Numbered from the stretch's first letter, positions 1-12,861 are shown. The stretch: DNA of 64,000 bases from Oikopleura dioica (GCA_907165135.1 OU015567.1:4402001-4466000); one strand, 5' to 3'. A program made the numbers and translations. The notes: generated by a model not told the origin, from the sequence alone.

Positions 1-1175
1 AATGAATCATCAAAATATTCAAGTGCGCCATTTCTGAAAATCTTCTGAAAATCAAAATTTTAACTCTATTTATTTAATAAATTTTTTACAAAACGAAAAG
101 CGCTGACCTTATTATCTTGTGGAAAAAATCTTGTCCGTTTCTTCTATCAAGCAAAATTGACAGCATGGTTAGTCCGTTTCAAATTCTTTAAGAGCAGGGA
201 ATGAAGGGAAGATGGGTTTTTATTCTGTATATGTAAGTTTGAGCTGTTTCTGTTGGTCAGAGTCGATGATGAACAATCTGAATTCAGCATCTATCTCCTT
301 GGAATGGCCGAGTTCACGAGGCTAACTGAAGAAAACTCGTGAAACCACGTGTTCAGAATACAAGCAGAAAGTTAAAAATTACAAAGAAAATTTAATTACT
401 CAAAAAACGTGCTTCAAAAGAATACTAAGGAAATGAGGAAAATAAATATTGAAACATTTAATGAAAAACGTCTAATAAAAAAAGAACTTGTCTATTTAAA
501 GACGTCTAATAAAAAAGATAGGTCTATTCTTAGAAGTCTTTAAAAAAAAATGGCCATTTAAAGACCTCTAATAAAAATAAATAAAAGGTGTATTATATCG
601 CATCATCTACAAAAAATTGAGGAAGCAATAAAATAGGTTTTTACCAGTTTGGATATCACAAAGAATTTTGCAAACGGCTCACATGGAGAAGGGACCGAAA
701 CATGAAACTCTCCCACGAGTAGGGAAAGAAAGAATATGCCGTTCTAACAGATAATTCTAGTCATTTTATTCATCAAGGCTTCATCAATTTGATCGACTTG
801 GGATGCAAACAACATGCTATTGATGAACTGCACAGGTAGGAATAGCCTAGACATGACGCGGTAAACTCAAGAGATAGAAATCGATGCTCACAAAGATAAT
901 TGCTGTATATTATATGCAGTATATTATTATATCACCAACGTAGCAGCTATTTTACATAATTAAGAGAGTCGATCGAGCGAGGCCTGGTGAATGAATACGT
1001 CGAGGCATGGATAAAGATATCAAAAGTAAGACAATTTCTTTGAACATTTTCTTTGAAGAGTTGTACTCTTAGAGTACTGTTCATTTATCGAATCACGTAT
1101 TACTGTGACGTTTTCATGGGGAGGTGTCTGGAACCGACAAAAATATTTCGACAAATTTTGCGTGGAAATTTTCAA

Positions 1176-1210
1176 CCAATCAGAAGCCCAGATTCGGATC
1201 ACCAGCCAAT
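1176..1210 (+). promoter_or_regulatory. Pair of CCAAT boxes (CCAATCAG) 30 bp apart, probable NF-Y promoter
   Basis: CCAATCAGAAGC at 1176 and CCAATCAGCAGC at 1206, upstream of the K2P exons; ~30 bp spacing is typical of tandem NF-Y sites. Confidence 0.4.
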
Positions 1211-1446
1211 CAGCAGCCGAGTAGACGCCCACGCAAAATTTGTCGGAATTTTTTTGTCGGTTCCAGACACCAACCTCTTTTCGCTCCCTGCCGATGAAGG
1301 GTGAAAGGAGGTGGTGGCGCTCAGAGTCTTGCCAACTTCTGTTTTCAAGTCTGAGTCAAGTTTAGTCTGTCTGATCACCAAACGGTCAACTCACGTGAGC
1401 CGCCGGCCACTGTATTAAAGTATTTCCTTTCACATTTTTTATTTCC

Positions 1447-2931
1447 AGCTTATCCGACTCGGCAACTTTCAAAACGCCCAGTTCAACGTCAGCGGCCATT
1501 TTCTACGAGACATCATAACGTAAGAAGCATTTTAGTTGTACTTGTCGGTAAGACTGATTTTCTTTCAAGAAATGTGGTGGAATTTAGCGTCTTTGCGTAT
1601 ACAAATTATGTTGAAAATTGCATGGAAGTGGACAAATGGAGCTTTGACAATTCATTTTTGTACGTTGGTTCAGTAAAAAAAAGGGTTGAAAATCGAAACA
1701 ATCGGCATTTTCAACCCCCTAAAGATCCGTAGCGAGTACAGTTGGATACGGAAATGTCACGCCAAAAACTGAAAATGGCCGAAAACTGACAATTATTCTC
1801 GCAATCATCGGCATTCCCGTTTATGGTATTCTCTTGAGCAAGATCAATTCTCAAGTCGAAAGGTGGATTTTTCATCTAAAGGAGAAAAATAAAGAAAAAA
1901 AATTTATCTTCTCCCGGAAGTCGATAATTTTCCTTTATATCGTTTTTGGAATGATCATCTTCGTGATTTTGCCGTCGGTTATTTTCTCGTTTGTCGAAGA
2001 GTGGACTTATTTGGATGCGATTTATTTTTCAATCACGACCATTTCAAAGGTAAATTTACCATTCTAGCGCTTTCCGACCCCCACTTAGATCGGTTTTGGC
2101 GATTTCGTTCCTTCGACAAGTCCACCTGACCGATACGGAACAACTATCTTCAATCAAAAGCTCTGTCTTCAAGCTCTGATTAATCCCTCTCCTCGTGGCG
2201 CTAGAATGGCTGAAAATGGAATGCCCTACCTTTGCCAGCAGACAGTTTGGCCGAAGCATATCGAAATTATTTTTACGATTTACAGAGTCATGATATTCTT
2301 TTGGATGCTCTTTGGAATTGCTTTTACGGTCACTGTTGATTCGGCTTCATATAAACGATTGTAGACCTTACTTGAAAGTACAAGATAAAGATAATCCTTT
2401 CTGGGTTAGACCTACCGGGGGGGGAGGGGCTCCCAAGGCTACGGCCCAAAGGAGCCTCCCCCACTCCCCCACCCCTAGGTAAAGCCTTAGGGGGACCCCC
2501 TTTCCCTGAGTGAGGAGCAGCTTACGGGGTTTCCCAAGGCTACGCCCCCAAAGAGCCCCCACTCTTAGTAAAGCTTTAGGCCCTAAGGCTTAGGGGGACC
2601 CCGACTCCTTGAGTTAAGGGCAACCCTTCTTCTAGTAAGGGGTCCCTACTGATATTCGTGAAGCCAGAATAGTGAGTCTTACTGTTCATTTTCTCCGATC
2701 AAATCTCCAAAAATGGTTCCCGTCTGCCTTCATCTCTACGGAAGAAAACGAGCCGACCGTGTTCAAAAACTTACTCCTAGCCGCTCAGAAGCCGCTTGGT
2801 GACATATCAAATGGACTTGGTGAGCTTCAATTCTCAGCTTTTTGCTTTATACATACTTTTTAGCGTCAAAGCGAACATCAGATGAAGCGAAGCCTTGTAA
2901 CTTGCTTGTAATTCAGAATAAGATGTTGTGA
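1447..2931 (+). CDS. Two-pore-domain (K2P/KCNK) potassium channel, multi-exon; 5' end not resolved
   Basis: Spliced translation gives pore 1 WSFDNSFLYV(GSV)ASTVGYGNVTPKTENGRKL, TM2/TM3, pore 2 WTYLDAIYFSITTISKIGFGDFVP and TM4 YRVMIFFWMLFGIAF; last exon ends TGA 2929-2931 next to AATAAA. Confidence 0.85.
2410..2650. repeat. GC-rich insert with two degenerate ~105-bp units, inside a K2P intron
   Basis: CCCAAGGCTACG..CCCAAAG..AGCC..CCCACT and AAGCCTTAGGGGGACCCC-like motifs each occur twice; composition differs sharply from the flanks. Confidence 0.6.
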
Positions 2932-3085
2932 AATAAAATGATGAAAATATAGGGAGGAGCTTGTTTTGAAACTCAAGACCGCAGAAATCTGATTTAATCT
3001 GCAGCTCTGAAATCCACCCCAGAATCCCAGTTAGCAGAGTTGGAACCAGTGTTCCAATTTCCTTGAGTAAGAGAAAAAATTGAAA

Positions 3086-6000
3086 ATGAAGTTTGCATCT
3101 TTTTTGCTTTCGACGGGGCTTGCGGGACCTGCGAACAGTCCACCAAGTAGCATCTTGACGTTTGAAATTGAAAATGATCGAGTCGGACGGCGACTGGAAC
3201 ATATCGACGGAGGGGAAAACTTTGACTGGCTTGCTCCTCATGCTGGCCCGGTTTATGCTCCTGGGACTGAGGTTTCGCTCCTTTTGTCAAGAAAACAAGA
3301 AAATCGACTGAGAAAAAAGCTTTCAATCGTTGGTCAAGAAAATTTCAACTCATCTCCTCTTCAGCCACAACTCGACCGAATCTTCGACAATCTCGGCGTC
3401 TCAAGATCGACTGAATTTGACTTTTTTAAATATCACGATTTCAACGAAATCGAGTCCTGGCTCCTTGATGATGTCAGTTCAAGTTCCCTGGCGAAAGTTA
3501 AATCTGCAGGAAAAACATTTGAAAATAGGGACATTTATGTTGTGACAATTGGAAGTGATAGCCAGCCGAAGATCACTGTCGACTGCGGTATTCATGCGAG
3601 GTACTCATAAAAGAAGAGACAATAAGATAATATCACCTTTTATCGTACTTTTAGAAATCATTAATTTTGATAGTTATTTCTTTTTATGACTAGTGTAATT
3701 TACCGATAATCATCAATTTTAATAAATTTTATCTTCTTATCTGTTGCACTAAAATTGGTTTTAGAGAGTGGGTCTCTCCAACAATGTGCCTTTTTCTTAT
3801 CGATCAGTTGATAAACGGCGACTATCAGGTAATTTTTCACTCTATCATATTATATGATAATTCATATATTTGAAATATAATATTTCAATATTTCAAATTT
3901 GAAAGCATCAATGACTATTTTTATTGAAGAAAGAGGTCTTTTCAAATTGAGTCTCAAAAGCATGAAGATATCCTTTTTTGGAAAAAGAAAGTCAATTTCA
4001 GACAGAATTTCCTGACTGTCCGGAATCTAAATCATTACATGTCTGGCATAGGAAGAACTATTAACCGAATTTAGTATATGCGGGAGGGAATCACTTGGGT
4101 GATATTTCCAGTGCTCAATCCAGACGGATACCAATACACGTGGTCTGATGGCGGCACCAATGCTTCGAAGCGTTTTTGGAGGAAAAATCGACGCGTCAAT
4201 GGTATGGAAAAATTTTATATGAACGTTCAGTTGTATTTGATCACGGGTTGCACCTCATCCTTGAACAACTTTTCTTGTAGTCTTTCTTGTTTGACAAGCG
4301 ATTACTGATCCTCTTTTGCGAGGGGGTATTACATCAGGCCCTCTTCACGAGGTTCAAATATCGAAGTAAAACATGAGACAGAATTGAGCGTCAATTCAAT
4401 GACCTGACGAGAATCAGGAAGAAACTGGTAAAGAACGTTCATGTTCAGCGAACTTTGGGAGTTTATGATTAGGCTGAGGATGTGTCGTAAGCAAAGGGAC
4501 ACGGTAAATCGGAGGAGAATAATTCTGATGCGAAAGCGGACGGGGAATTTAATGAGCTTAATCCGGGAAAATTAACTTATTAAGTTCTATTTTTATCGCT
4601 TTCCGTATCTAAATAGAAAAAAAGGGTCGAGTTCAAACTGAACTAACGATTTTTTTTACTTTGCTGATAAAAAAATGAATTAATTCTTTGAAAAAAGCTC
4701 ATTTTGCTAGACCAGCGCGGTCCGAATTGCCCCGGATAATCCGTTTTCAGACGGCTCAAGCTGTATCGGCGTCGATCTGAATCGAAATTACGATGTTCGT
4801 TGGAATCAGGCAGGAACGTCTAGGTAAAGAATCGTTCCCTTTTTTTATTGTGAAGCAAAAATTTCCACAATCGCAATTTTCAGCTCCCCCTGTTCATTTA
4901 CATACGGAGGAACAGCCGCTTTTTCTGAAGCTGAATCGAAGGTTAGAGGAGAATTTTCAACTTCAAATGATTTATTATATAAAACAATATTCTTCTCATA
5001 TTTTATCCTATAAAATTATAAAAATTATAAATAATATCACACATGATACAATTTCAATTCTCATGTCTCTCCGTCAATTATGAAAATTCTTCCATAGAAA
5101 TGAATGATTTTTATTATCAGAAATTATATAATTTATAATATAATATATAATATATATATATATAATATATATATAATATATTATATAATATAAAAGAAAA
5201 ATTTGAAATTTCCAAAAATGATAATTTCCAGGCTCACGCTGATCATGTGAATTCCCTAGAGCACGTGGGAGCATATCTGACCTTTCATGCTTATGGCACG
5301 CTGCTACTTTATCCGTATTCTGCCAAGCGCTCCTGGGAAGGTAAATTCTTCTTCGAGGAAGTGCGCTTATCGTGGATTTTCAGCGGACAATAGGGAGGAA
5401 CTCGATAATCTCGCAAAAGAATATTCTGACAAGACAAAAGCCGTCAACAACGAGTTTTACAGGTACGAGACGATTTAAAAAGTTCAAAAATATTATCCAC
5501 ATTTGCAAATCTTCTAGAGCTTGAAAACCATAAAACCAACAGTTCGACATCCTTTTCGATTTTTCGTTGCACCAAAAACATTAAGTTATTCAAGACGAAG
5601 TCTATTCAAGACCTAGTCGATAGATCAAACGAAAATAAACAATTAAATATTTGCCGGCCCGAAGTTGGGGTTCATTTTCTAAGAAATCCAGTTCATTCGA
5701 TCGTTGTCTATTTTCTCCGAAAGCACGTCTAAACCTAAGTGACTCAAAAAAGAGTCGTTGTCAAGAGACTTCTATTTTTGATGTACTTCTGGCATATCTT
5801 TTGGCATGTCGTCTGACTTTTACTACTGAAGAAATTTAGTAACAGAGTGATTCTTTGGGAACTCGGCTGGCTATTTTGAAATCAGTTTTCTCAAAAAATG
5901 ATGCTCATTATGGAATCAAAAGTTCCCAAGAGCCGGCCTTTTGATTCCCTCGTGATTATCAAAACGAGCTCTTTATTCAAAAAGAGTCGTCAATAATAAA

Positions 6001-7966
6001 ATTAGTTTCGAAATTGAAATTGAAATTGAGTAAAATCGCAGATGGTGAATAAACTCATAAAGTGCCACCATGTGAACTTTCTCAACTGTAAAAAGCCGGT
6101 CCTTGAGAATTCGATCGAATATTATGAAAACAAGGAAGTGTTCCATTTTAACTATTGATGAGATTATTTCAAATAATTTCTCAATTTAACTAAGATCAGC
6201 GTCATTTTTCAACTGATTCTTTCCATGTGATTATTTAAGCCACTTTGAGTTGAGAAAATTAGTTATCACGAGTGGTCGTCATTTGCCCAAGTCGTCATCT
6301 GCCCAAGTCGTCATCTGCCCAGGTCGTCATCTGCCCAACTTGGGCAAATGACGATCTTGGGTGAAAGACGATCTGTAATTGAATTTGAAAAAAGCTTTTC
6401 TATGTTTCACAGGAACGGACTCATCACTGTCAAAGTCCGGAAGTCCGGTCGATATATTTTAATAGCAAAGACTTACTCGATTAGGCCTCGATCAGAAAAA
6501 GACTGAGAGAAAGTCCTTCATAAAAAATCTCCTGCATACTGTACCATACAGTATGGTCCAAACTTGGAGCTAGCTTCCGGAGGAGATTCATAACTTTTCT
6601 CTACTTTTTCAAGAGTTATTACTCAAGTTCAAATGTGAGCCGAGACTATGCAGCTGAGTTACTCGGCACGAGTACCCTTGGTTCCACTTCAACATTTAAA
6701 TTCAATCAATTCAAATAAAATTTCATCCAAAGTTCGAACTAAACACAAAACCGACTTTAGCACCATTTTCCGGCGCTAAGAGTCAGCAAAGGGGGATACG
6801 CGTTGGCAAAACTCATTACACCTTGCTTTTCGATACGGTGCTAAAGTCCCAGATTATAGCAGATAAGATTGTTTTCTCAACAAAAACTGTCGAATTTTTA
6901 CTGATAAAACGCCAACTTCCTGTGAGTACTTTTTTTGCAAGTTTTCAGTTAGTTTCATCTTGCTTCATTTTTCTTAAATTTTGAATTCAATTACATCGTC
7001 ATTCACCCAGGTCGTCATTTGCCCAAGTTGGGCAGATGACGATCTTGGGCAGATGACGACTTGGGCAGATGACGACTTGGGCAAATGACGACCACTCAGT
7101 TATCACATGGAACGTAAGTAAAATCCAGATGAAACTAGTTCGTTAAGTGTTTCCATTTGAGTCCACCTTATATAAAAATTACATAAAGAAATAATCCACC
7201 ATCTAGTTTCGGAGAAGGGGCCGAAATCTTTGGAGAAGTAGCTGGTGGATCTGATGATTGGGCGCACAAATCCGGAATTCCGATCTCTTATACCATCGAA
7301 CTCAGGTATGATTCTCCTCCAACGTCAATTGAGACGACTTCTTCATCATTCAGAGATCGAGGAACTTATAAGTTTGCCTTGCCCGAGTCGATGATTGAGC
7401 GAACTGTGAGGGAGAATATAGAAGGCGTTTCCGCAATTTATGAACACGTGCTCGCCAAGGCTGCGGGACAGAAGACCACGAGCACGGTCAAAACAACATT
7501 AACGACGATGGAAACAACAACATCAGCATCGGAGGAAGTTGAGACTGATATTGATCACTGCCCCTGTTTAGGTCCGGGTTGAGAGATATGCTCAAGATTC
7601 TCGTTGACCATCGTAAACCCGTACTCAGACTCGATTTTGTCGGAAGTAGAGCAGTTCAGAAAAGACGTAGCAATTACTTGCCTCAACAAAGAAAGTAAGT
7701 AAAGCCAAGAGTTCAGAAAATCGATCTCTTTCCCTCTGAAATCATTTATTCAACTCTATGCTCGTTTTTTCCTGGCAGAAAGAATCATCGGAAATAACTG
7801 AATATTTTCAGCGGCCACAGACGCTAAGGGTAGAAAACCGACTTATATCCAATCCCAATGCGGAAACAAAAAACCAATAGCGAAAAAAGTCGTCTGCATC
7901 AAGAAAAACGGCGCTTGGATCGCGAAAAAGAATCCATTTAAAAAGATCATCAAGAAAAAATGCTGA
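3086..7966 (+). CDS. Secreted zinc carboxypeptidase (M14A, carboxypeptidase B-like) with Thr-rich linker and Cys/Lys-rich C-terminal domain
   Basis: Signal peptide and prodomain; motifs DCGIHAREW, LNPDGY, WRKNR, GVDLNRNY, TFHAY, AGGSDDW (Asp at the specificity position as in CPB) and YTIELR across about 10 exons. Confidence 0.9.
5135..5195. repeat. (TA)n-like low-complexity microsatellite in an intron
   Basis: Run of ATATAAT/ATATAT. Confidence 0.7.
6270..7097. mobile_element. Non-autonomous Foldback/Mutator-like element in a carboxypeptidase intron
   Basis: ~110-bp TIRs starting GAGTGGTCGTC, built of tandem GTCGTCATCTGCCCAA subrepeats; exact 9-bp TSD AGTTATCAC at 6261-6269 and 7098-7106. 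Confidence 0.9.
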
Positions 7967-8700
7967 TTTTTTGGACAAATCTGAGCCATTTAATAAATCT
8001 TCTTTCAAGTCATTATATTGTTATTATTCTTATTAGCAAGGAAAATATCCTCTTACCGGTCTTTCGATGCGACGATTCTGAAACCATCTTAGACGATCGT
8101 TCAGGCTAGCATTTGCTCTCATAAATCGGCGTGTTCAGATGTGCCACCTTTGCACCTATTACGCATGCGGCATGCAGAAGGCTTTGAAATCAACCATACT
8201 GACAATAAATTATTATCAGTCTGGTCTCCAGACTCTCGACCGATAATAGCAGCTCGGCTTTTCTAGCCTTCCAATCACAAGCTTTTTTCCCGGATTTGAG
8301 CCAGCTGTCACCGGATATTATGCTCAAAATCAACGTATGATATATTTCGACTTTTGACGATCTCCTCACATGAGTTTCTCTCGTCAGCAAAAGAAAACAA
8401 GACGAAACCATCGTCATCACCCGAGAATGACCGAAGAAAAAACTTCAAGGAAATAAATCTATTAAATAAGCTATAATCAATTGTGACATCAGCACACTCT
8501 CAAATCTCCCACACGGAAACCACCAAAACTATTAGCGTCAGAAAAAAAAATCAGCCGTCAGACCTCGCCTATTCGTAGTACGTCGCTCTTCGCCCAGTTC
8601 ACGACGCGCCACCTAGCCACCTATCCATATAAAAGCATCCGGCTTTCCGTTGGTTAATCATAACTTCAACAAAAAATACCACAATCAAAAAAAGCAAAAA

Positions 8701-9015
8701 ATGAACTTTTCCGCCCTCCTCTTTTGCACCTTTTTGAGCTCGATCGAAGCATACGCCCGGCTCAATGTCAACCGAGGTTTCTACGATCGCAACACCCGCA
8801 TGGTCGACAAAAGCCCACGAATTCGAAGAAGCCCGTACTCCTACTGCATCGACATGATTGAAGCTGAAAACCTCGGATTCGAGCTCTCCGTGAAGGCGCA
8901 AGAATTCATCATGATCTGCTCGCACAAATTCAACCTCGAGCGCAAAAACCTCAACTACCGAATGATGGCATTTATGGAAAGAAATCCCAACAAACCTTAT
9001 GTGTACCTGTCCTAA
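8701..9015 (+). CDS. Small secreted orphan protein (104 aa), C-X23-C family member A
   Basis: Single exon, signal peptide, TATAAAA at ~8628, AATAAA downstream; paralogous to 10221-10499. Confidence 0.75.
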   Translation: MNFSALLFCTFLSSIEAYARLNVNRGFYDRNTRMVDKSPRIRRSPYSYCIDMIEAENLGFELSVKAQEFIMICSHKFNLERKNLNYRMMAFMERNPNKPYVYLS

Positions 9016-10220
9016 AAAGAACGAAAACCGAGCAATATTGCTGAAAAATGTTACTGTATAAATGATCATTTCTGTACCACAACTTCATGTTCCTGCCTCT
9101 AGAATTTTTTCCAATTCTTCTTATCCGTTCAAAAATATGTACATTTTGATTTTGCAATAAAATTGATAAATATAAAACTTTGTTTTCTTCTTTTTTTTCG
9201 GGTTGTTTTTAAAAAGTACTGTAACTAGGTCATTGCACGGAAAAAACTTTTCTTGTGCGTCATCAAATATCGCAAATGCAATTGTCCTTGATCCTTACGT
9301 CCATTTTAAGAGGCGGGGATTTATTTGACAATATTGAATTGGAAGCCAAACAAACATTGACGCACTTGCGTGGTCCAAAATGACCATGATTCGATATTCA
9401 ATAATAGTCGTTGTTGTTAGCCATGATTATCACGTGGACAAATCGAACAAAAGAGAATCAATGATCCAGGATCATATTCTCAATCAAGTTCAAACTGAAT
9501 CTTTTCATTTACATTTATTATTTCAAGAAACAATTTTCATTGGAAAGCACGAATTCGCCCCTTCTCTGGGTTTTTCTAGAGTACCCTCTCGACTATCGAC
9601 TATTGAAAGAGTTGTGAAAAATAGGACTTACTCACTTCTTCAAAGCGTTATATGAAAAGGTCGTTTCGGAACCTTCCAGTCAAAGTCTTTCCGTAAATTC
9701 CGCAAGGTATTAACAAGGAAGACTTCAAGATGACTATACGGTATAGTCTATACCTAAAACACTGTAATAATGATATTATCAAAACCATGACGAAAAGGGC
9801 TTTCAGTGGAAGAATCAGACGAAGATGATCCTTTAAAGATGATATCTTTTGATTTTATCAAAGAAATTCTTCTCGTTATTTTGATTAAATCTTTTAAATT
9901 TAAATTTCAGAAAATACATTTCAAGAAAGGCTGATATGAAAGTTTTTCTTTTTTTTTATAAGCGTAATTATACTGAAATTATGCATTGATAAAATCAAAT
10001 TCTTAGCTTTCTACTTTCTAAAACCCTTCATGGGAATTGGAATATACATATATTTTTGAAGAAATTCAATTGTAAACCGAGCTAACTGATCAATCACGGG
10101 TACGATCGTGTTGTAACTCTAGCTCTCTAGCGCGTGTCACGATTCATATAAAGCTCGCCATCTCCAATTTTCATCAGTCGATCCCAATTTTTGATAAACA
10201 AATATTCTTGATCTTCAAAG

Positions 10221-10499
10221 ATGAAGCTTTTTGCTTTGATCTCCTGCGTCTTTGCCTATTCCAGGGTGAACATCAACACTCTCGAATCCCAACAGAAGCG
10301 AGTGTTGGAAACGAGAGCTCCACATCCTTACGAGATCTGCCGAAGATTAGTCCAGTACGAAGCGCTCGGATACCAGCTGCCAAAGGAAGTAAACGTGTTC
10401 CTCAACAAATGCGCACGAAAATATGGACTTGAGCGAGATGAGATGGCAATTAGAGTGTCACAGTATCTTTCTCAACGGCCGCATGATGAGTACTACTAG
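10221..10499 (+). CDS. Small secreted orphan protein (92 aa), C-X23-C family member B
   Basis: Single exon, signal peptide, TATAAA at ~10147, AATAAA at ~10600; aligns to 8701-9015. Confidence 0.75.
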   Translation: MKLFALISCVFAYSRVNINTLESQQKRVLETRAPHPYEICRRLVQYEALGYQLPKEVNVFLNKCARKYGLERDEMAIRVSQYLSQRPHDEYY

Positions 10500-11760
10500 A
10501 CGGATTGAAACCATTCTTCTACCTTCAATGACGATGATCCTTACACTTACGATGTTCTGTACAGATCTGATTGATCGCTTTTCTTATCAAAAAATTCTGA
10601 ATAAAAATATGAGACCATTTGAATATTTTAAAAATCAATTCTTGTCTTTTTATATATAATATATAATCATATTATATCATATCATAAACGGCATATACGT
10701 GCATATAACTTATATGATATAAGGTAAATCATTGATATGCCCTTCTTTATTTATATTACAAATATTTCGTCCAAAATTGTCTGGACGTATTTTTTCTCCT
10801 GTAAAATGTGAACCAAATATATCATATATAATATTTAATATGATATCATATCATATGAAGGAAATAACCTCATCATCATTCAACGAAAGATCAGACATTT
10901 CATGAAATTATGTAAAACGGCCGATGGAATTTATTACTCAATTAAACCTCAGCTACTAGAATTTCTCCGCACAGGAGAAGCTCTCATCATGGCTTGAAGA
11001 AATCGTTTCTCTAAAAATTCAAATGAAGGATTTATCGAACCAGATTCATACTGTTATTTTTCGGGCGCTTCTGGGAAATTTTCTGGTTTCTCCAGCCGTT
11101 GTAAGTTCGATTCCAGTAGAGAAGATCGCGTTTCTCGAGGGTCTTCTCAAAGCCTAACGAGCAATTTAATTTTTTATCTTTTTTTTTTAATTCTTACCAT
11201 TTACGAGGGAAAGGAAGAAAATAAGATTGAAAAGGGAAAAATTCATGTTTTCTTTTTTCTATTTGTTCCTCGTTTATTCTTTTATTCTCGACTGGGGTAT
11301 CTTTTACGTCAGGTGGTTTTATAGAAGGTTATCTGCTTGAATAATTGATCAAAGAGTACAGAATCGGCCACAGGCTGCGTCCTCAAGTGCAGCTCATGTC
11401 AGACAAGCCTGATTTTGGGGAATAATGGGTCAGCGATTTGCCAAGTTATTTTGAGAATATAAAAAGATTAAGGGAAAGAGTTACCGTCGATGAACCCCTT
11501 TTTCGGGGCAAAAACCTCCATTGGAATTTAAAAACAGCCGCTATGGAAACCAAGGCCCGGGCTCAATGACCCTTCAGCCCGATTCATTCATGATTATGAT
11601 TTTTACGTCCGAAATCGCAAGTGCTCTTCATTGACAAAAGATGAATGGAAAATTCTTCCGCCCTTTTTGCCACCGCCCTACTGTGCAAATCTCGGCCATT
11701 ATAAAACCACACCCTTCTGGGGCATTTTGTATCACTAAATTCCAGAATTAATTTTATAAT

Positions 11761-12861
11761 ATGAAAATTTTTGCTCCACTTTTGGCTGCATCAGCAAATG
11801 CTGCCACGTGTGTGGTTTGTGAAGAGACGACAATTCAGGAAATGATTCTATATATTGACTGTAGAAGCTAACTTATCATCATAAAATCATTGAATAGACG
11901 ATCTCGAAAGATTTCAGTACAGTGAAGAACCCAACTGGTCACTTAGATGCACTCAATGGATGTTACGGCGGTGGTAGTGGAGTAGAAACTGGAACATGCG
12001 ATGGAACTTGCTTTGCTCTTTTCTTCACTTACAAAGGTACCAATAGTATTGGTTCATCGAATAACATAATAAGGACTCGACGGAAATGGGGACACTTTTT
12101 ACGCCAATCATGCTGAGCGAGGATGCAAGAAAACAATTCAAATTCACGGAAAAGACGTTGAATTCCCTAGCGCAACTAATTGCGCCGACACTTCGAACGG
12201 ATGTGCAATCACTTTGACAAAAGACAACTATGGTCTTGGGAATCAAGGAGACATCAAGGGCGTTTACTTTCAGTCGACAAATGCGATAGCGATTGGCACC
12301 AAACCAGGAAACGGATCTCCAGGTTTCTCGGGCAGTGATTCCGTTCAAAACGCGCCCATGCAATGCCTCCAATGCTCGTCTGGCCTCTCTCTTCCATCCG
12401 TAAAAATAACACCGTGTTATATATTTTCTCATAATTTTTCCATAAGGACGCCAGATGTTTCGACGGCGCCAATGCCGTGAAGGGTCATTGCTCCGATTTC
12501 CGATCAACAAGCTGTTTTTCGCGAACATCCTGGTATACTGCTCCGAAGGAATCGACAGATGCGGAGTATAAGATGGCTGAGCGAGGCTGCTCTACCGTTC
12601 CAGCTGATGAGGCGAAGAATCGGAAGATTTCCTACTTCATCGGGTTAGTCTTCTTCCGCAAAAAACAATTTCAATCCCCTCTTTAGAGAAGTTCCCCGAG
12701 AGCCAGAAGTCGACTACGAACTCGAGCGACGAGAAATCACCGAGGAATACTGCGACACAGTCAACTGTAACGATTTCAAGCCAACAGAAAAGTCCACCTC
12801 GGGCGCTGCCGCTTTCTCGACCCTGACGTCCTTGTTGATTGCACTGGCTTTCAACAACTAA
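11761..12861 (+). CDS. GPI-anchored Ly6/uPAR (three-finger)-like protein with two Cys-rich domains
   Basis: Signal peptide, TCVVC start, second domain CLQC, terminal CDTVNCN motif and hydrophobic tail SGAAAFSTLTSLLIALAFNN; first intron is GA-AG (11839-11897). Confidence 0.7.

Noticed and set aside
1-1100. Possible minus-strand multi-exon gene
   Set aside because: Exon-like stretches exist but I could not build a consistent frame or assign a family.
6270-6360. Short regularly spaced repeats resembling a CRISPR array
   Set aside because: Tandem subrepeats without unique spacers, mirrored at 6990-7097; eukaryotic Foldback TIR.
7574-7630. In-frame TGA followed by open frame, suggesting readthrough or selenocysteine
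   Set aside because: A canonical short GT-AG intron removes the TGA and keeps the frame.
8055-8130. Minus-strand WFQNRR (LNDRLRWFQNRRIER), resembling homeodomain helix 3
   Set aside because: Stop codon a few codons upstream, no helix 1/2 exon found, flanking residues atypical; probably chance.
8130-8470. Possible small plus-strand spliced gene
   Set aside because: Several alternative frames, no recognisable product, no clear start.
9229-9386. Weak inverted repeat (GGTCATT...AATGACC)
   Set aside because: Too short and degenerate, no TSD.
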